A DNA stretch of 64,000 nt from the NCBI GenBank assembly GCA_902560065.1, contig CACEKG010000001.1, positions 70,308-134,307 on the forward strand. Reading direction: 5' to 3'. This DNA is from an uncultured Bacteroidota bacterium. GTDB lineage: Bacteria; Bacteroidota; Bacteroidia; Flavobacteriales; Flavobacteriaceae. Under the pieces are notes generated by a model, which saw only the letters and a program-made list of their open reading frames with translations, was not told the origin of the DNA and made no database searches. This document shows, in pieces, positions 29,413 to 40,600 of this stretch (its first letter is position 1; every line of letters begins with the position of its first letter). A program made the translations under genes and the position numbers.

Positions 29413-30759
29413 ATGAAATTTAAAAAATTCTTTTTTTTAACTTTCTTTCTGTTCTTGTTGAATTGTGAAAAAGAGTCAACAGATATAAATAATACTTCAG
29501 AGGAATTAAATTTGGATGACACAAATCTTTTACCTCAATTTAAAATTGATACTTCTAATAAAACAATAGTAGATGAACCAAAAATTCCAGCATCAATGGA
29601 TTTATATATTGATGGGGAATTAAATAAATCCTATAATATTGGAATTGAAATAAGAGGATCTAGCTCACAATTTTTTGAAAAAAAATCATATGGAGTTGAA
29701 ACTTGGAATGGTAACAATGAGGATATTGATACTGACTTAGGAGGATTTCCTGAAGAAGAAGATTGGATTTTATATGGGCCTTTCAGTGACAAAAGTTTAA
29801 TAAGAAATGTACTGATTTTTCAACTATCAAATGCCATAGGCATGTACGGAAGTCGAACAGATTTCTATGAACTTACAATAAATGATAAATTCTTAGGGAC
29901 CTATGTTCTCATGGAAAAAATTAAAAGAGATAAAAATCGTGTAAACATAAGTAAAAATTTAGATGACGATATTTCTGGTGGTTATATTATTAAAATTGAT
30001 AAACCGCCAGATGAAGGATACACATCTGCTAACTCTTTTTCATCTAAATTTGATACAAGAGGATCTTATGTTGGTGCGTCTGACATAAAGTTTCTCTACA
30101 CATACCCAAAATCATCTGAAATCTCAAATGATCAAAAAAATTACATTAAAAATTATATAAATGACTTTGAAGAGGCTTTATTATCCTCAAATTTTCAAGA
30201 TCCTGAAATAGGTTATCAAAAATACATTGACATTGATAGTTTTGTAGATTTTTTAATATTAAACGAAATTTCAAAAAATATTGATGCCTATAGAATAAGT
30301 ACATTTATGCATAAGGATAAAAACCAAAAACTAAAAATGGGTCCCATTTGGGATTTTAATCTAGGGTTTGGCAACGTTAATTATTGTGATGCCGAACTAG
30401 AATCTGGATGGTCCTATAAATTTAATGATGTATGTGGAGGTGATAATTGGAAAGTTCCTTTTTGGTGGAATAGATTGTTTGAAGATCCTGCATTTGTTTC
30501 TAAATTAAAAAATAGATGGTCTGATTTAAGAACAAATATACTATCTGATCAAAATTTACAAGATAGAATTGATGAAATCACAAATTTTCTAATTGAACAT
30601 AATGCTCCTCGAAGAAATTTTGATAAATGGACGATCATAGGTAAATATGTTTGGCCAAATAATTATATAGGAAATAATTATGGTGAAGAAATCTCATACT
30701 TAAAAAACTGGTTGGAAAAAAGAGTTAAATGGATGGATGAGGAAATTAATTCAATTTAA
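29413..30759 (+). CDS. CotH-family protein (atypical kinase fold), lipoprotein
   Basis: Lipobox LLNCEKE. Central and C-terminal regions (YVLMEKIKRDKNRV, GPIWDFNLGFGN) match the CotH family as I remember it. Confidence 0.8.
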   Translation: MKFKKFFFLTFFLFLLNCEKESTDINNTSEELNLDDTNLLPQFKIDTSNKTIVDEPKIPASMDLYIDGELNKSYNIGIEIRGSSSQFFEKKSYGVETWNGNNEDIDTDLGGFPEEEDWILYGPFSDKSLIRNVLIFQLSNAIGMYGSRTDFYELTINDKFLGTYVLMEKIKRDKNRVNISKNLDDDISGGYIIKIDKPPDEGYTSANSFSSKFDTRGSYVGASDIKFLYTYPKSSEISNDQKNYIKNYINDFEEALLSSNFQDPEIGYQKYIDIDSFVDFLILNEISKNIDAYRISTFMHKDKNQKLKMGPIWDFNLGFGNVNYCDAELESGWSYKFNDVCGGDNWKVPFWWNRLFEDPAFVSKLKNRWSDLRTNILSDQNLQDRIDEITNFLIEHNAPRRNFDKWTIIGKYVWPNNYIGNNYGEEISYLKNWLEKRVKWMDEEINSI

Positions 30760-32053
30760 TTTTATCAATTGTCAAAACACTATTTAATAAAACATTTGCT
30801 CCTTTAATAATTGATTCAGGAGTGGAATATTCTTCAGGTGAATGACTAATGCCATCTATACTGGGAATAAATATCATTCCTGTTGGAGTAATTACAGCCA
30901 TATCTTGAGCATCATGTCCAGCTCCACTAGGCATAAATTTTGTAGAATATCCCAGATTAATTGAAACCTCATCAATCACTTTTTGAATTCTTGAATCAGT
31001 TAATGCAGGTTCGGCAGTAGCATCTAATGGTTTAAATTCAAACTTTGTATTTGTTTGAGTGGCTATAATATTAGATTCCTCTTTAATATTTTTAAATAAA
31101 AGTTGAATTTTTTCTTTACTTAAATCTCTCAATTCTAAACTTAATACAACTTTTCCTGGAATAACATTTGGAGCTCCCGGGTATGCTGAAATTCTTCCAA
31201 CTGTTCCAACTTGAGAACCTTCTATAGAGTTTACAACTTGATTAACTTTAAGGACAAATTTTGCAGCAGCAATCATTGCATCTTGTCTAGAATTCATAGG
31301 TGTTGTTCCAGCATGGTTTGCAAAACCAGAGATAATAACATCCCACCATTTTAAACCAACAATTCCTTCTACCACTCCAATATCTGTTTTACTAGAATTT
31401 AATATATTTCCTTGTTCAATATGCAATTCTAAAAAAGCATGTACCTCATTTTTTTTTCTTGCTAATTCAAGTACCTTTTCTGGATTTCCCCCAATTCTTT
31501 TTAAGCCCTCACGAATAGTATATCCAGATGATGTTTTAACATCAAGTGTTTTATTTTCAATTTTTCCAGCAATAGCTCGACTTCCAAAAATTGCTCCCTC
31601 TTCATTTGAAAAAATGATTAATTCCAAAGGATGATCGGTATATATTTTATTTTCATTAAATACCTCTAAAATCTCAATTGAACTTATAACCCCTACATTT
31701 CCATCATAATGCCCTCCATTGGGAACTGCATCTATATGAGAGCCAAACGAAATAGGTTTTAAATTTTTTTTTAAACCTTTCCTTAAAGCTATTATATTTC
31801 CTGCATAATCAATATTGACTTGAGTTCCAATTTTTTCAAGGTAATTTATTAAATATTTTCTAGCTGAAATATCATAATCACTATAAGCAACTCTATCATT
31901 TCCTCTATTTGAATTTATTCCAAACTCTGTAAGTTTAATTAAATTTTTATGGAGTCTTTCATTATTTACCTTTATTAATTTTTCTTGAGAAAATAAATTA
32001 TTTAAAAAAAATAGAAGAAAAATAAATATCTTGAGGAAAGATTTATTGACCAT
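30746..32053 (-). CDS. M20-family Zn-dependent amidohydrolase (allantoate amidohydrolase / N-carbamoyl-amino-acid hydrolase type) with N-terminal signal peptide
   Basis: GSHIDAVPNGGHYDGNVGV and SGAGHDAQ motifs. The hydrophobic N-terminus is MVNKSFLKIFIFLLFFLNNLFSQ. Confidence 0.85.
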   Translation of the reverse strand: MVNKSFLKIFIFLLFFLNNLFSQEKLIKVNNERLHKNLIKLTEFGINSNRGNDRVAYSDYDISARKYLINYLEKIGTQVNIDYAGNIIALRKGLKKNLKPISFGSHIDAVPNGGHYDGNVGVISSIEILEVFNENKIYTDHPLELIIFSNEEGAIFGSRAIAGKIENKTLDVKTSSGYTIREGLKRIGGNPEKVLELARKKNEVHAFLELHIEQGNILNSSKTDIGVVEGIVGLKWWDVIISGFANHAGTTPMNSRQDAMIAAAKFVLKVNQVVNSIEGSQVGTVGRISAYPGAPNVIPGKVVLSLELRDLSKEKIQLLFKNIKEESNIIATQTNTKFEFKPLDATAEPALTDSRIQKVIDEVSINLGYSTKFMPSGAGHDAQDMAVITPTGMIFIPSIDGISHSPEEYSTPESIIKGANVLLNSVLTIDKIKLN

Positions 32054-32173
32054 AAAAATTAATTTAGAATGATTCTTATACTAAATTAGAAATTTAATTT
32101 TATTTTTTTTTATATATTGTCTTAGCATTTAATAAATGAATGCTTTTTAAAACTAACTAAAAACATAATAATT

Positions 32174-35100
32174 ATGATAAAAAACCTAACTGGTATTTTG
32201 TTTTTTTTTCTAGCTAGCTTTTTTACTTATTCTCAAATTGATGTAAGTGGAACTGTTACAGATGAAGCTGGTGGAGCAATTCCCGGCATTACTGTAATTA
32301 TAGCTGGAACTAATCAAGGTACTACAACAGATTTTGATGGAAATTATTCTATCACTGCATCCGCAGATCAAGAACTGGAGTTTTCAAGTCTTGGTTTTGT
32401 TACTCAAAGAATAGCTATTAATAATCAAGATAATATTGACGTAATTATGATTGAGTCAATAGAAGTTCTTGATGAAATTGTTGTTTCTGGATATTCTACT
32501 CAATCTAGAAGAACTCTTTCTGGAGCTATTGGAAGTGTTGATGTAGCAGATGCGATTAAAACCCCAACAACTAACGCTGCAGAGGCTCTTCAAGGAAGAG
32601 TAGCTGGTGTTAATGTTGTTAACAGTGGGCAACCTGGTGCAGCACCTGTCGTTACAGTTAGAGGTTATGCTACTACAAATAGTAATAATCCTTTGTATGT
32701 AATTGACGGTGTTCAAACAGAAGATCCTAATGTTTTAAGAGATATCAACCCAAAAGATATTGATAAAATTAGTGTTCTTAAGGATGGAGCTGCAGCAATT
32801 TATGGTGCAAGAGCTTCAAATGGAATTATTGTTGTTACTACAAAAGGCGGAACTTACAATACTAAAAACACAATTGAGGTTGAGGCCGTTTATGGAACAA
32901 ATGATTTGACTAATAGAATGGAGCTTTTAAATTCTCAACAATGGGCCGACATGATTTGGCAAAGTAAAATCAATGATGGTATTGCCCCTAGTCACCCTCA
33001 GCTTGGTTCAGGAGCTTCTCCTGTTCTTCCAACAGTTTTAAATATTCAAATGCCTAATTTACCTCAGTATGAGGGAGCAAGTGCTGTTGTCGAACCAGGA
33101 GGTACAAGATGGATGGATGAACTATTTAAAAAATCTAACACCTTAAATACTTCTATAGTTGCAAGAGGGGGTTCAGAGACTGGAAGATACTCTCTTTCTG
33201 TAAATTATTTAGATCAAGAGGGTGTTAAAATATTCACTGGTTATGAAAGACTTACAACTAGGCTAAATTCTGAGTTTAAAATTGGTGACAAAGTAACAAT
33301 TGGGGAACACTTAAATGTAACTTATGATAAAGAACAAACTGGAGCTGGAGATTTTAGATCTGCTTCAGGACTTGCTCCTATAGTACCTATAAGAGATGAT
33401 AAAGGTAATTTTGCTGGTTCATATAATAATTCTTATGGTCTAGGTATTGCTGACAGTCCAGTTGCTCAATCTTATAGAGCTCAAGATAATTACAATAAAA
33501 ACTTAAGAGTTATAGGAGATATTTTTCTAAAATATGATATCACAGACTTTTTAACATTTAAGTCTTCTGCAGGTATTCAAATGCGTCAATTAAACGGTAG
33601 GTCATTTGCAAAATTAAATCCTGAACATGGTGAAGCGATTTCAACGCAGACTTTAAGAGAAAATTCATTCTTAAATAGTGAATGGGTAATTTCCAATACT
33701 TTAACTTACTCAGATTCTTTTGGAGATCATGCCATTGATGCTTTAATTGGAACTGAGGCTGTTAAATGGAGTCAAAAAGGTAGCGGTGTATTAAGAACTG
33801 GTTATTTATTTGAAACACCAGAATTTTACTTACTAAGTAATGGTTCTGGAACACCAGTTGTTTTTGATGGTTATGATACTTCATATTCTTTGTTTTCTCT
33901 TTTTGCTACAGCTAACTATGCATTCAAAGAAAAATACTTTTTTACAGCTACTGTTAGACAAGACGAAACCTCTAGGTTTGCAAAAGCAAATGCTGACTCG
34001 ATATTTCCCTCAGCTAGTGCTGGATGGTTAATAAGTGATGAAAGTTTTTTTCCAAGTGGTTTGGTCTCAACAATGAAACTTAGAGCTTCTTATGGAATAC
34101 TTGGAAACCAATCTTTAACAGTTTCGAATCCTGATACAAATATTTCATTATTAAGTGAAAATGCTGCATTCTATGTCTTTACTGGATCTGGAGCTGCTAC
34201 AACAGGAGCTGCTTTAAATTCAAAAGGTAATCCAGCTCTGACATGGGAGAAAACAACATCTCAAAATTTTGCTGTTGATTTTGGATTCTTTGATAATAAA
34301 TTAACTGCTACAATTGATATGTTTTCTAATGAAACTCAAGACTTAATATCTCAGGATAACAACCTTATTAGTAGTACTGCAATTGATGCTGCAGCGCCTT
34401 ATGTTAATATTGGATCAATGGAAACAAAAGGTTTTGATCTATCTCTTGCATATCAAAATGAAACAAATGGTTTACAGTATGGTTTAACTGCTAATGTAAC
34501 TAAAGCAGAAAATGAGGTAACATCTCTTATAGCAGAGTACTATTCTGGTGGAACATCTAGAATGGGTGCTTTAACAAGAACTGCTCCAGGTTATCCAATT
34601 TCTTCATATTATGGAAGAATCGTTGATGGAATTTTTCAAAATGATGGAGAAGTAGCTGCTCACGCATCACAAGACGGAGCTGCTCCAGGTAGATTAAGAT
34701 ACAAAGATGTTGATGGAAATGGAGTAATAAATGATCTAGATAGAACCTGGATGGGTAGTTATCATCCTGATTTTACTTATGGTATTAATATAAATATGGC
34801 TTATCAAAATTTTGATCTTTCTGCATTCTTTTATGGTGTTCAAGGAGCTGATTTATTCCATTATACAAGGCTTTACAATAGTTTCCCATTATTCTTTAAT
34901 GGAAATAGAACTACTGACGTTTTAGATTCATGGACTCCATCAAATCCTGATGCTGCTATGCCTGCGCTTAGTGAAGCCATTAGAAACAACGAAGCAACTG
35001 CATCGAATTCGTTCTTTGTAGAGGATGCATCTTATTTAAGACTTAGATCTCTTCAAGTTGGATATACATTCCCTGAAGCTATTAATAACTTAATTGGTGC

Positions 35101-35266
35101 CTCAAGTATGAGATTATTTTACAGTGGTTATAATATTTTTACAATCACTGATTACACTGGAATGGACCCAGAGGTTCCATTTGGAGGAACAACTGATCTT
35201 GGAGTTGTATTTGCTCAATATCCAACTTCAAAATCTCACTCAATTGGTGTTAACATTAAATTTTAA
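32174..35266 (+). CDS. susC: SusC/RagA-family TonB-dependent outer-membrane transporter
   Basis: 1030 aa. CarboxypepD_reg-like N-domain (VSGTVTDEAGGAIPGITV...DFDGNYSI), plug (ALQGRVAGVNV), long barrel and terminal Phe. SusD follows immediately. Confidence 0.92.
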   Translation: MIKNLTGILFFFLASFFTYSQIDVSGTVTDEAGGAIPGITVIIAGTNQGTTTDFDGNYSITASADQELEFSSLGFVTQRIAINNQDNIDVIMIESIEVLDEIVVSGYSTQSRRTLSGAIGSVDVADAIKTPTTNAAEALQGRVAGVNVVNSGQPGAAPVVTVRGYATTNSNNPLYVIDGVQTEDPNVLRDINPKDIDKISVLKDGAAAIYGARASNGIIVVTTKGGTYNTKNTIEVEAVYGTNDLTNRMELLNSQQWADMIWQSKINDGIAPSHPQLGSGASPVLPTVLNIQMPNLPQYEGASAVVEPGGTRWMDELFKKSNTLNTSIVARGGSETGRYSLSVNYLDQEGVKIFTGYERLTTRLNSEFKIGDKVTIGEHLNVTYDKEQTGAGDFRSASGLAPIVPIRDDKGNFAGSYNNSYGLGIADSPVAQSYRAQDNYNKNLRVIGDIFLKYDITDFLTFKSSAGIQMRQLNGRSFAKLNPEHGEAISTQTLRENSFLNSEWVISNTLTYSDSFGDHAIDALIGTEAVKWSQKGSGVLRTGYLFETPEFYLLSNGSGTPVVFDGYDTSYSLFSLFATANYAFKEKYFFTATVRQDETSRFAKANADSIFPSASAGWLISDESFFPSGLVSTMKLRASYGILGNQSLTVSNPDTNISLLSENAAFYVFTGSGAATTGAALNSKGNPALTWEKTTSQNFAVDFGFFDNKLTATIDMFSNETQDLISQDNNLISSTAIDAAAPYVNIGSMETKGFDLSLAYQNETNGLQYGLTANVTKAENEVTSLIAEYYSGGTSRMGALTRTAPGYPISSYYGRIVDGIFQNDGEVAAHASQDGAAPGRLRYKDVDGNGVINDLDRTWMGSYHPDFTYGININMAYQNFDLSAFFYGVQGADLFHYTRLYNSFPLFFNGNRTTDVLDSWTPSNPDAAMPALSEAIRNNEATASNSFFVEDASYLRLRSLQVGYTFPEAINNLIGASSMRLFYSGYNIFTITDYTGMDPEVPFGGTTDLGVVFAQYPTSKSHSIGVNIKF

Positions 35267-35314
35267 AAAAACGATGCGAACAATATCAATAACTAATAAA
35301 ATAAATTATTAAAT

Positions 35315-37009
35315 ATGAAAACTAAATTATATACATTACTAATTTCAATTTTTATTTTAGCCTCTTGTGCAGATGACTTTACTGAAATAAATCCAGTTGG
35401 AGCACTCAGTGATGAAGCATTAAATAATGCAAAGGGAGTTGATTTATTATTGACAGGAACATATTCTGTTTTAGACGGAATGCGAAACGGTGGTCCTGGA
35501 GCTCCTTGGGCTAAAGAAGGAAATAATTGGTGGTTAGACGTAATCGCTGATGACGCTCATAAAGGAAGTACTGATGGTGACCAAGCAGATTTATACGCTG
35601 CTGAAATCTATCAGTGGGATACTTCAAACCCATATTTTGGGGGAAGGTGGAGTGCTGTATTTGCAGGAGTCAATCGTGCAAATGGGGTTATTTCTCTTAT
35701 TAATTCGGCAGATGATCCATCTGTGTTTAACGTTCAATTGGCTCAAGCTAGATTCTTAAGAGGTCACTATAATTTTGAGTTACAAAGAATGTGGGTTAAT
35801 GTCCCTTATATTTCAGATCAAAATTATGCTGATACTGAGTTTAATCAGCCTAATCCTGGTCCTATTTGGGATAAGATTGAAGAAGACTTTGCTTTTGCTG
35901 TTGCTAATCTTCCTACAGCTAGAAGCGGAAGCTACAGTGAACCTGGAAGACCACTAGCAAGTGCTGCTAAAGCATACCTAGGAAGAGCTCAACTATATCA
36001 AGGAAAATGGGGTGATGCTCTTGGTAATCTAGAAGCAGTAATTAACAGTGGTGATTATGCGCTTCTTCCCGAATTTGTCGAAAATTGGAAATCTACTGGA
36101 GAAAATGGATCTGAAGCAATTTTTGGTATACAATATGCTACAGATACTGGTCAATCACCTCAAGGAAATCAAGGTGGAGTTTTAAATTTTCCAGCGCCTA
36201 TTGGATGTTGTGGTTTTTACCAACCTACACAAGATCTCTTCAACAGTTTTGAAACTGATGCTAATGGATTACCACTTTTAGATACTTATAATCAAGCTGA
36301 TTTGGCAAGTGATTACGGAATTTATTCTGATGAACCATTTACTCCCACAACTGCAAATCTTGATCCTCGTGTTGATTATACAGTTGGTAGAAGAGGAATT
36401 GATTATCAAGGTTATGGAGTGAATCCTGGTAAAGATTGGGTTCGTGCAACTTTTGGTGACATTTCAGGACCTTACGTCTCAAAGAAAAATGTCTATTATA
36501 AAGATGATGAAGGAGCTAACAAAGGTACTGGTGGATGGGGAGAAATACGAACAGGTATTAATCACCATATCATAAGATATGCTGATGTTCTGCTAATGGC
36601 TGCAGAAGCTGCTGTTGAGACTAATGCACTTGAAAAAGGACGTGGTTATGTTAATCAAGTTAGAGAAAGAGCAAAAAGCATGTCCAGAATTCAAGCTCCT
36701 GGAGGTGGTGATGCTGCTAACTATGTAATTGATACGTATAATACAGCATGGACAAGTCAAGCTACAGCTAGAAAAGCTGTTCGAATGGAAAGAAGACTAG
36801 AAATGGCGATGGAAGGAAGTAGACTATTTGACCTTAGAAGATGGGGAATAATGGTTCAAACTTTAAACACATACATAGCTAATGAAACAAGATCTATTCC
36901 GACTTTTTCAAAAGCTCAACCTGTTAGTGATAAGCATAATGCACTTCCAATTCCATCTTATGCAATTGACCAATCACAAGGTGCTTTATCACAAAATTCT
37001 GGTCATTAA
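35315..37009 (+). CDS. susD: SusD/RagB-family glycan-binding lipoprotein
   Basis: Lipobox ILASCADD. The C-terminal RLEMAMEGSRLFDLRRWG motif is typical of SusD-like proteins. Confidence 0.9.
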   Translation: MKTKLYTLLISIFILASCADDFTEINPVGALSDEALNNAKGVDLLLTGTYSVLDGMRNGGPGAPWAKEGNNWWLDVIADDAHKGSTDGDQADLYAAEIYQWDTSNPYFGGRWSAVFAGVNRANGVISLINSADDPSVFNVQLAQARFLRGHYNFELQRMWVNVPYISDQNYADTEFNQPNPGPIWDKIEEDFAFAVANLPTARSGSYSEPGRPLASAAKAYLGRAQLYQGKWGDALGNLEAVINSGDYALLPEFVENWKSTGENGSEAIFGIQYATDTGQSPQGNQGGVLNFPAPIGCCGFYQPTQDLFNSFETDANGLPLLDTYNQADLASDYGIYSDEPFTPTTANLDPRVDYTVGRRGIDYQGYGVNPGKDWVRATFGDISGPYVSKKNVYYKDDEGANKGTGGWGEIRTGINHHIIRYADVLLMAAEAAVETNALEKGRGYVNQVRERAKSMSRIQAPGGGDAANYVIDTYNTAWTSQATARKAVRMERRLEMAMEGSRLFDLRRWGIMVQTLNTYIANETRSIPTFSKAQPVSDKHNALPIPSYAIDQSQGALSQNSGH

Positions 37010-37027
37010 TTTTATATAAATACAATT

Positions 37028-37062
37028 AAAAAAGGGTAAAATTTTATTTTACCCTTTTTTTT
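37028..37062. terminator. Bidirectional intrinsic terminator between susD and the convergent lipoprotein gene
   Basis: Hairpin AAGGGTAAAAT / ATTTTACCCTT, flanked by an A-run on the left and a T-run on the right. Confidence 0.6.
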
Positions 37063-37082
37063 ATGCCTAATAAAAATAAAAG

Positions 37083-37520
37083 CTAATTACAATATTCATT
37101 TTCATTAATCAATTTATCTAATTCACTTTTATCTTTTTTAAAAAAATAATTTGTGTTTCCTCCTGTTAATCTGACTTTTTCAATAACCGTATCATTAACA
37201 ATTGTATACATCCATTCTCTGTCATCATAACTTTCTACAAAAGAATTTTTACTAATACTAACTAAACTGGCTCCCACAGTTTGAGGTGTCTCATATAATA
37301 TACAGCCATTATTAATTAGATGTACATCCATATAAATACCATTAGGATCATTAAATATAGTCCAATAAGACTCCCTGCCTTGAGGGCTCCAAACAGTTCC
37401 ATCTAAACACTCTAAAATATTTTGACAGGATTTTTTTTCAACTTCACAGCTAAATAAAAAAATTAATGAGATAATTACAATAAATGTTTTATTCAAAGCT
37501 TTGTTTTTATTTTGAATCAT
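37083..37520 (-). CDS. Hypothetical lipoprotein (145 aa)
   Basis: Signal peptide with lipobox (LFSCEVE). No recognisable domain. Confidence 0.55.
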   Translation of the reverse strand: MIQNKNKALNKTFIVIISLIFLFSCEVEKKSCQNILECLDGTVWSPQGRESYWTIFNDPNGIYMDVHLINNGCILYETPQTVGASLVSISKNSFVESYDDREWMYTIVNDTVIEKVRLTGGNTNYFFKKDKSELDKLINENEYCN

Positions 37521-37656
37521 AATATAAATTTAAATAGAAATTAAAAATATTTTAAAAAATTCTTCATTTTAATAACATAATTATTTAGTCATAATATGAA
37601 ATTTTATTTTAATAAAACCATATTTTTGCATTACTTTTTTAATATTTAAAAAAATA

Positions 37657-40600
37657 ATGGTCTCCAAAAGTTTCAAAAATTTTAAATTTTCTTTTTTACT
37701 TTTTGTCCTAATAAGTTTAATTAATTGTACAAACAATAATAAGCTTTTCAATAAACTTTCAAGTAAGCAAACAAATATTTCATTTAATAATACAATAGTT
37801 GAGAATGACACATTAAATATTTTAAATGAAGAATATGTGTTTAATGGAGGTGGAGTTATATCTGCGGACTTTGATAATGATGGGTTAATTGATTTATTTT
37901 TCTCTGGAAATCAAAAACCCAATAAACTTTATTTAAATAAAGGAAAATTTAATTTTAAAGATATAAGTTCTATTTCTAATATAGAGGCTTTAGACAAGTG
38001 GTCTACAGGTTTAACATATGCTGATATAAATAATGATGGATTAATAGATATATATGTTTGTGCTGCAATGAAAAAAGAAAATAGAAATAATATGTTGTTT
38101 ATTAATAAAGGTTTAGATGAAAATACTGGTGAAATTTTATTTAAGGAAATGGCTAAAGAATATGGAATTGACGATTCAGGAAATAGTATGGGGGCTATTT
38201 TTTTTGATTATAATAAAGATGGACATATGGACTTATATGTCTTAAATAATGAACAAAATAAATCAATTCCTACCAATTATAGAAAAAAAATAATTGATGG
38301 CTCTGCAGTTAGTAATGACAAATTATATAAAAATAATGGCAATGGAACTTTTACAGATGTCTCTCTTGAAGCAGGAATTACTATTGAAGGTTTTGGTTTA
38401 GGTGTTGCCGTTGCAGACATTAATTATGACGGATGGCCAGATATTTTTATTGGAAACGATTATACAACTAATGACTTACTTTATATTAACAATAGAGATG
38501 GTACTTTTTCTAATCAAATTTCAAAATTTATTAAACACCAAAGTATGTTTTCAATGGGTGTTGATATTTCAGACTTTAATAATGATGGATATCAAGATAT
38601 TATATCTTTAGATATGCTAGGTGAATCCAATTACAGAAAAAAAACTACTATTTCTTTTAGCACATATGAAAAAGTAATTCTTAATAAAAGATATGGATAC
38701 GAAACACAGCATATTAGAAATATGTTACACCTAGGAAATGGAGCAGAAGTTCCATTTAGTGAAATAGGTCTACTTTCTAATATTTATCAAACGGATTGGA
38801 GTTGGTCTCCTCTATTCTTTGATGCTAATAATGATGGCTTAAGAGATTTATTTATAACTAATGGTTTTCCAAGAGATATTACTGATAAAGATTTTTCTGA
38901 CTTTAGGTTGCAAGTCCAAAGATTTGTAAATCCTAAAGTTCTTCTCGATTCAATTCCCATTATTAAACAATCAAATTATTCATTTATTAATAATGGTGAC
39001 TTAACGTTTTCTGACTCAAGTGTTTCATGGGGAATTGATAAACCTTCTTTTTCAAATGGTGCTGTTTTTTCAGATTTAGATAATGATGGGGATCTTGATT
39101 ATATAGTAAACAATATTAACGATGAAGCCTTTATTTTCGAAAATAAAACACAAGAATTAAATAAAAATAATTTTGTTCAAATAAAACTCATAGGTCCAAA
39201 AAATAATTATACTGGAATTGGAGCTAAAATTGTATTAAGAGATACCAATGATGAAATCCAATTTCATGAAAACTATCATACAAGGGGTTACATGTCTTCG
39301 GTTGATAATACAATACATTTCGGATTAGGCAATAAAAATAAAGTTAAGTTTATTGAAATCCTATGGCCTGACGGAAAATATGAAAAAATATTAAATCCTA
39401 ATATTAACGAAAAATTAAAAGTTTTTTATAAAAATTCATCAATTGTTGAAAAAAACTCACTTAAGTTCCCTCTTGTAAAGAATAAATCAAAAACCCTGTT
39501 AAATGAAGTTTCTGATAAAAAAGAATTAACGTACAATCATAAACAAATAGATAAAGCGGATTTTAATATTCAAAGATTAATTCCCAGAAAAATTTCTGAA
39601 AGTAGTCCAAAAATTAAAAAAGGAGATTTGAATAATGATGGAATTGAAGATATTCTAATAATTGATGAAATAGATCTGCCAAAAATTTTTCTGTATTCTA
39701 AAAATGGAAAATTTAAAGAAAAAACTATTGAAATTAAAAAAATAAACAAAAACACTGAGATTTCAGATATTGCAATTATTGATATTGACAAAGATAAAAA
39801 CCTAGATCTTGTTATTTTGTCAAATTTTAGTGATTTTAGAAGAGATAAATATGAAGGAAGACTTCAATTTTATTTAAACGATGGACAAGCTAATTTTAAA
39901 TTAGCTGAAAATTTTACAAATAAAAATAAAATCGAACAAGGAAAATTGTTAAGATTTAATGATTTTGACAAAGACGGTGATGACGATTTATTCATATTAG
40001 GTAAGACTCATTTATCAAAATATCCAAAATCTTCTAAAAATCAATTTCTTGAAAACAAAAATGGAATTTTTATAGATGTTAGCAATAAATATCTAAATGA
40101 AAATGAAAGCATAGGTATTCCAAAAGATGCTGCATGGGCTGATATTAATGATGATCAAATTGATGATTTAATTATAATAAATGAGTTTAGTCCAATTCAA
40201 ATTTTAATAAATAAAAATAAATCATTTAGTAAATTAGAAAATACTGGATTAGAAAATTACATCGGCTGGTGGGAATCTCTTAAAATTATAGATAATGACA
40301 ATGATGGTGATTTAGATTTTTTTGTAGGAAACTTGGGGTCAAATAACCACTTTAATATATCAAAAGAAACTCCTGTTTCTTTACTTATAAAAGATTTTGA
40401 TAATAATGGATCCATAGACCCAATTTTATTTTCATACTCAAAAGACACAAATGGTGAGTTCAAACAATTTCCTGTAACCTTTTGGAATAACATGAAAACT
40501 CAAAGTCCTCTTTTTAGACAAAAATTTAATTATTATAAGCAATATGCACGAGCTGATATAAGTAAAATTTTTACTAAAACAGAAATTAAAGGTGCTGAAA

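Noticed and set aside
32124-32144. A 6-bp inverted repeat AGCATT-N9-AATGCT about 30 nt upstream of the susC start, considered as an operator or attenuator.
   Set aside because: The stem is short and AT-rich in an AT-rich spacer, which is easily expected by chance. There is no second copy or accompanying motif.
32174-37009. The SusC/SusD genes look GC-richer than their neighbours. Spot counts on single 60-nt lines gave about 35% versus about 23% in the VCBS gene. I considered this as possible evidence of horizontal transfer.
   Set aside because: The difference is plausibly explained by amino-acid composition (Gly/Ala/Thr-rich barrel and SusD versus Asn/Lys/Ile-rich repeats) and by high-expression codon bias. 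There are no flanking mobility genes or repeats. I did not make a proper windowed GC or codon calculation.
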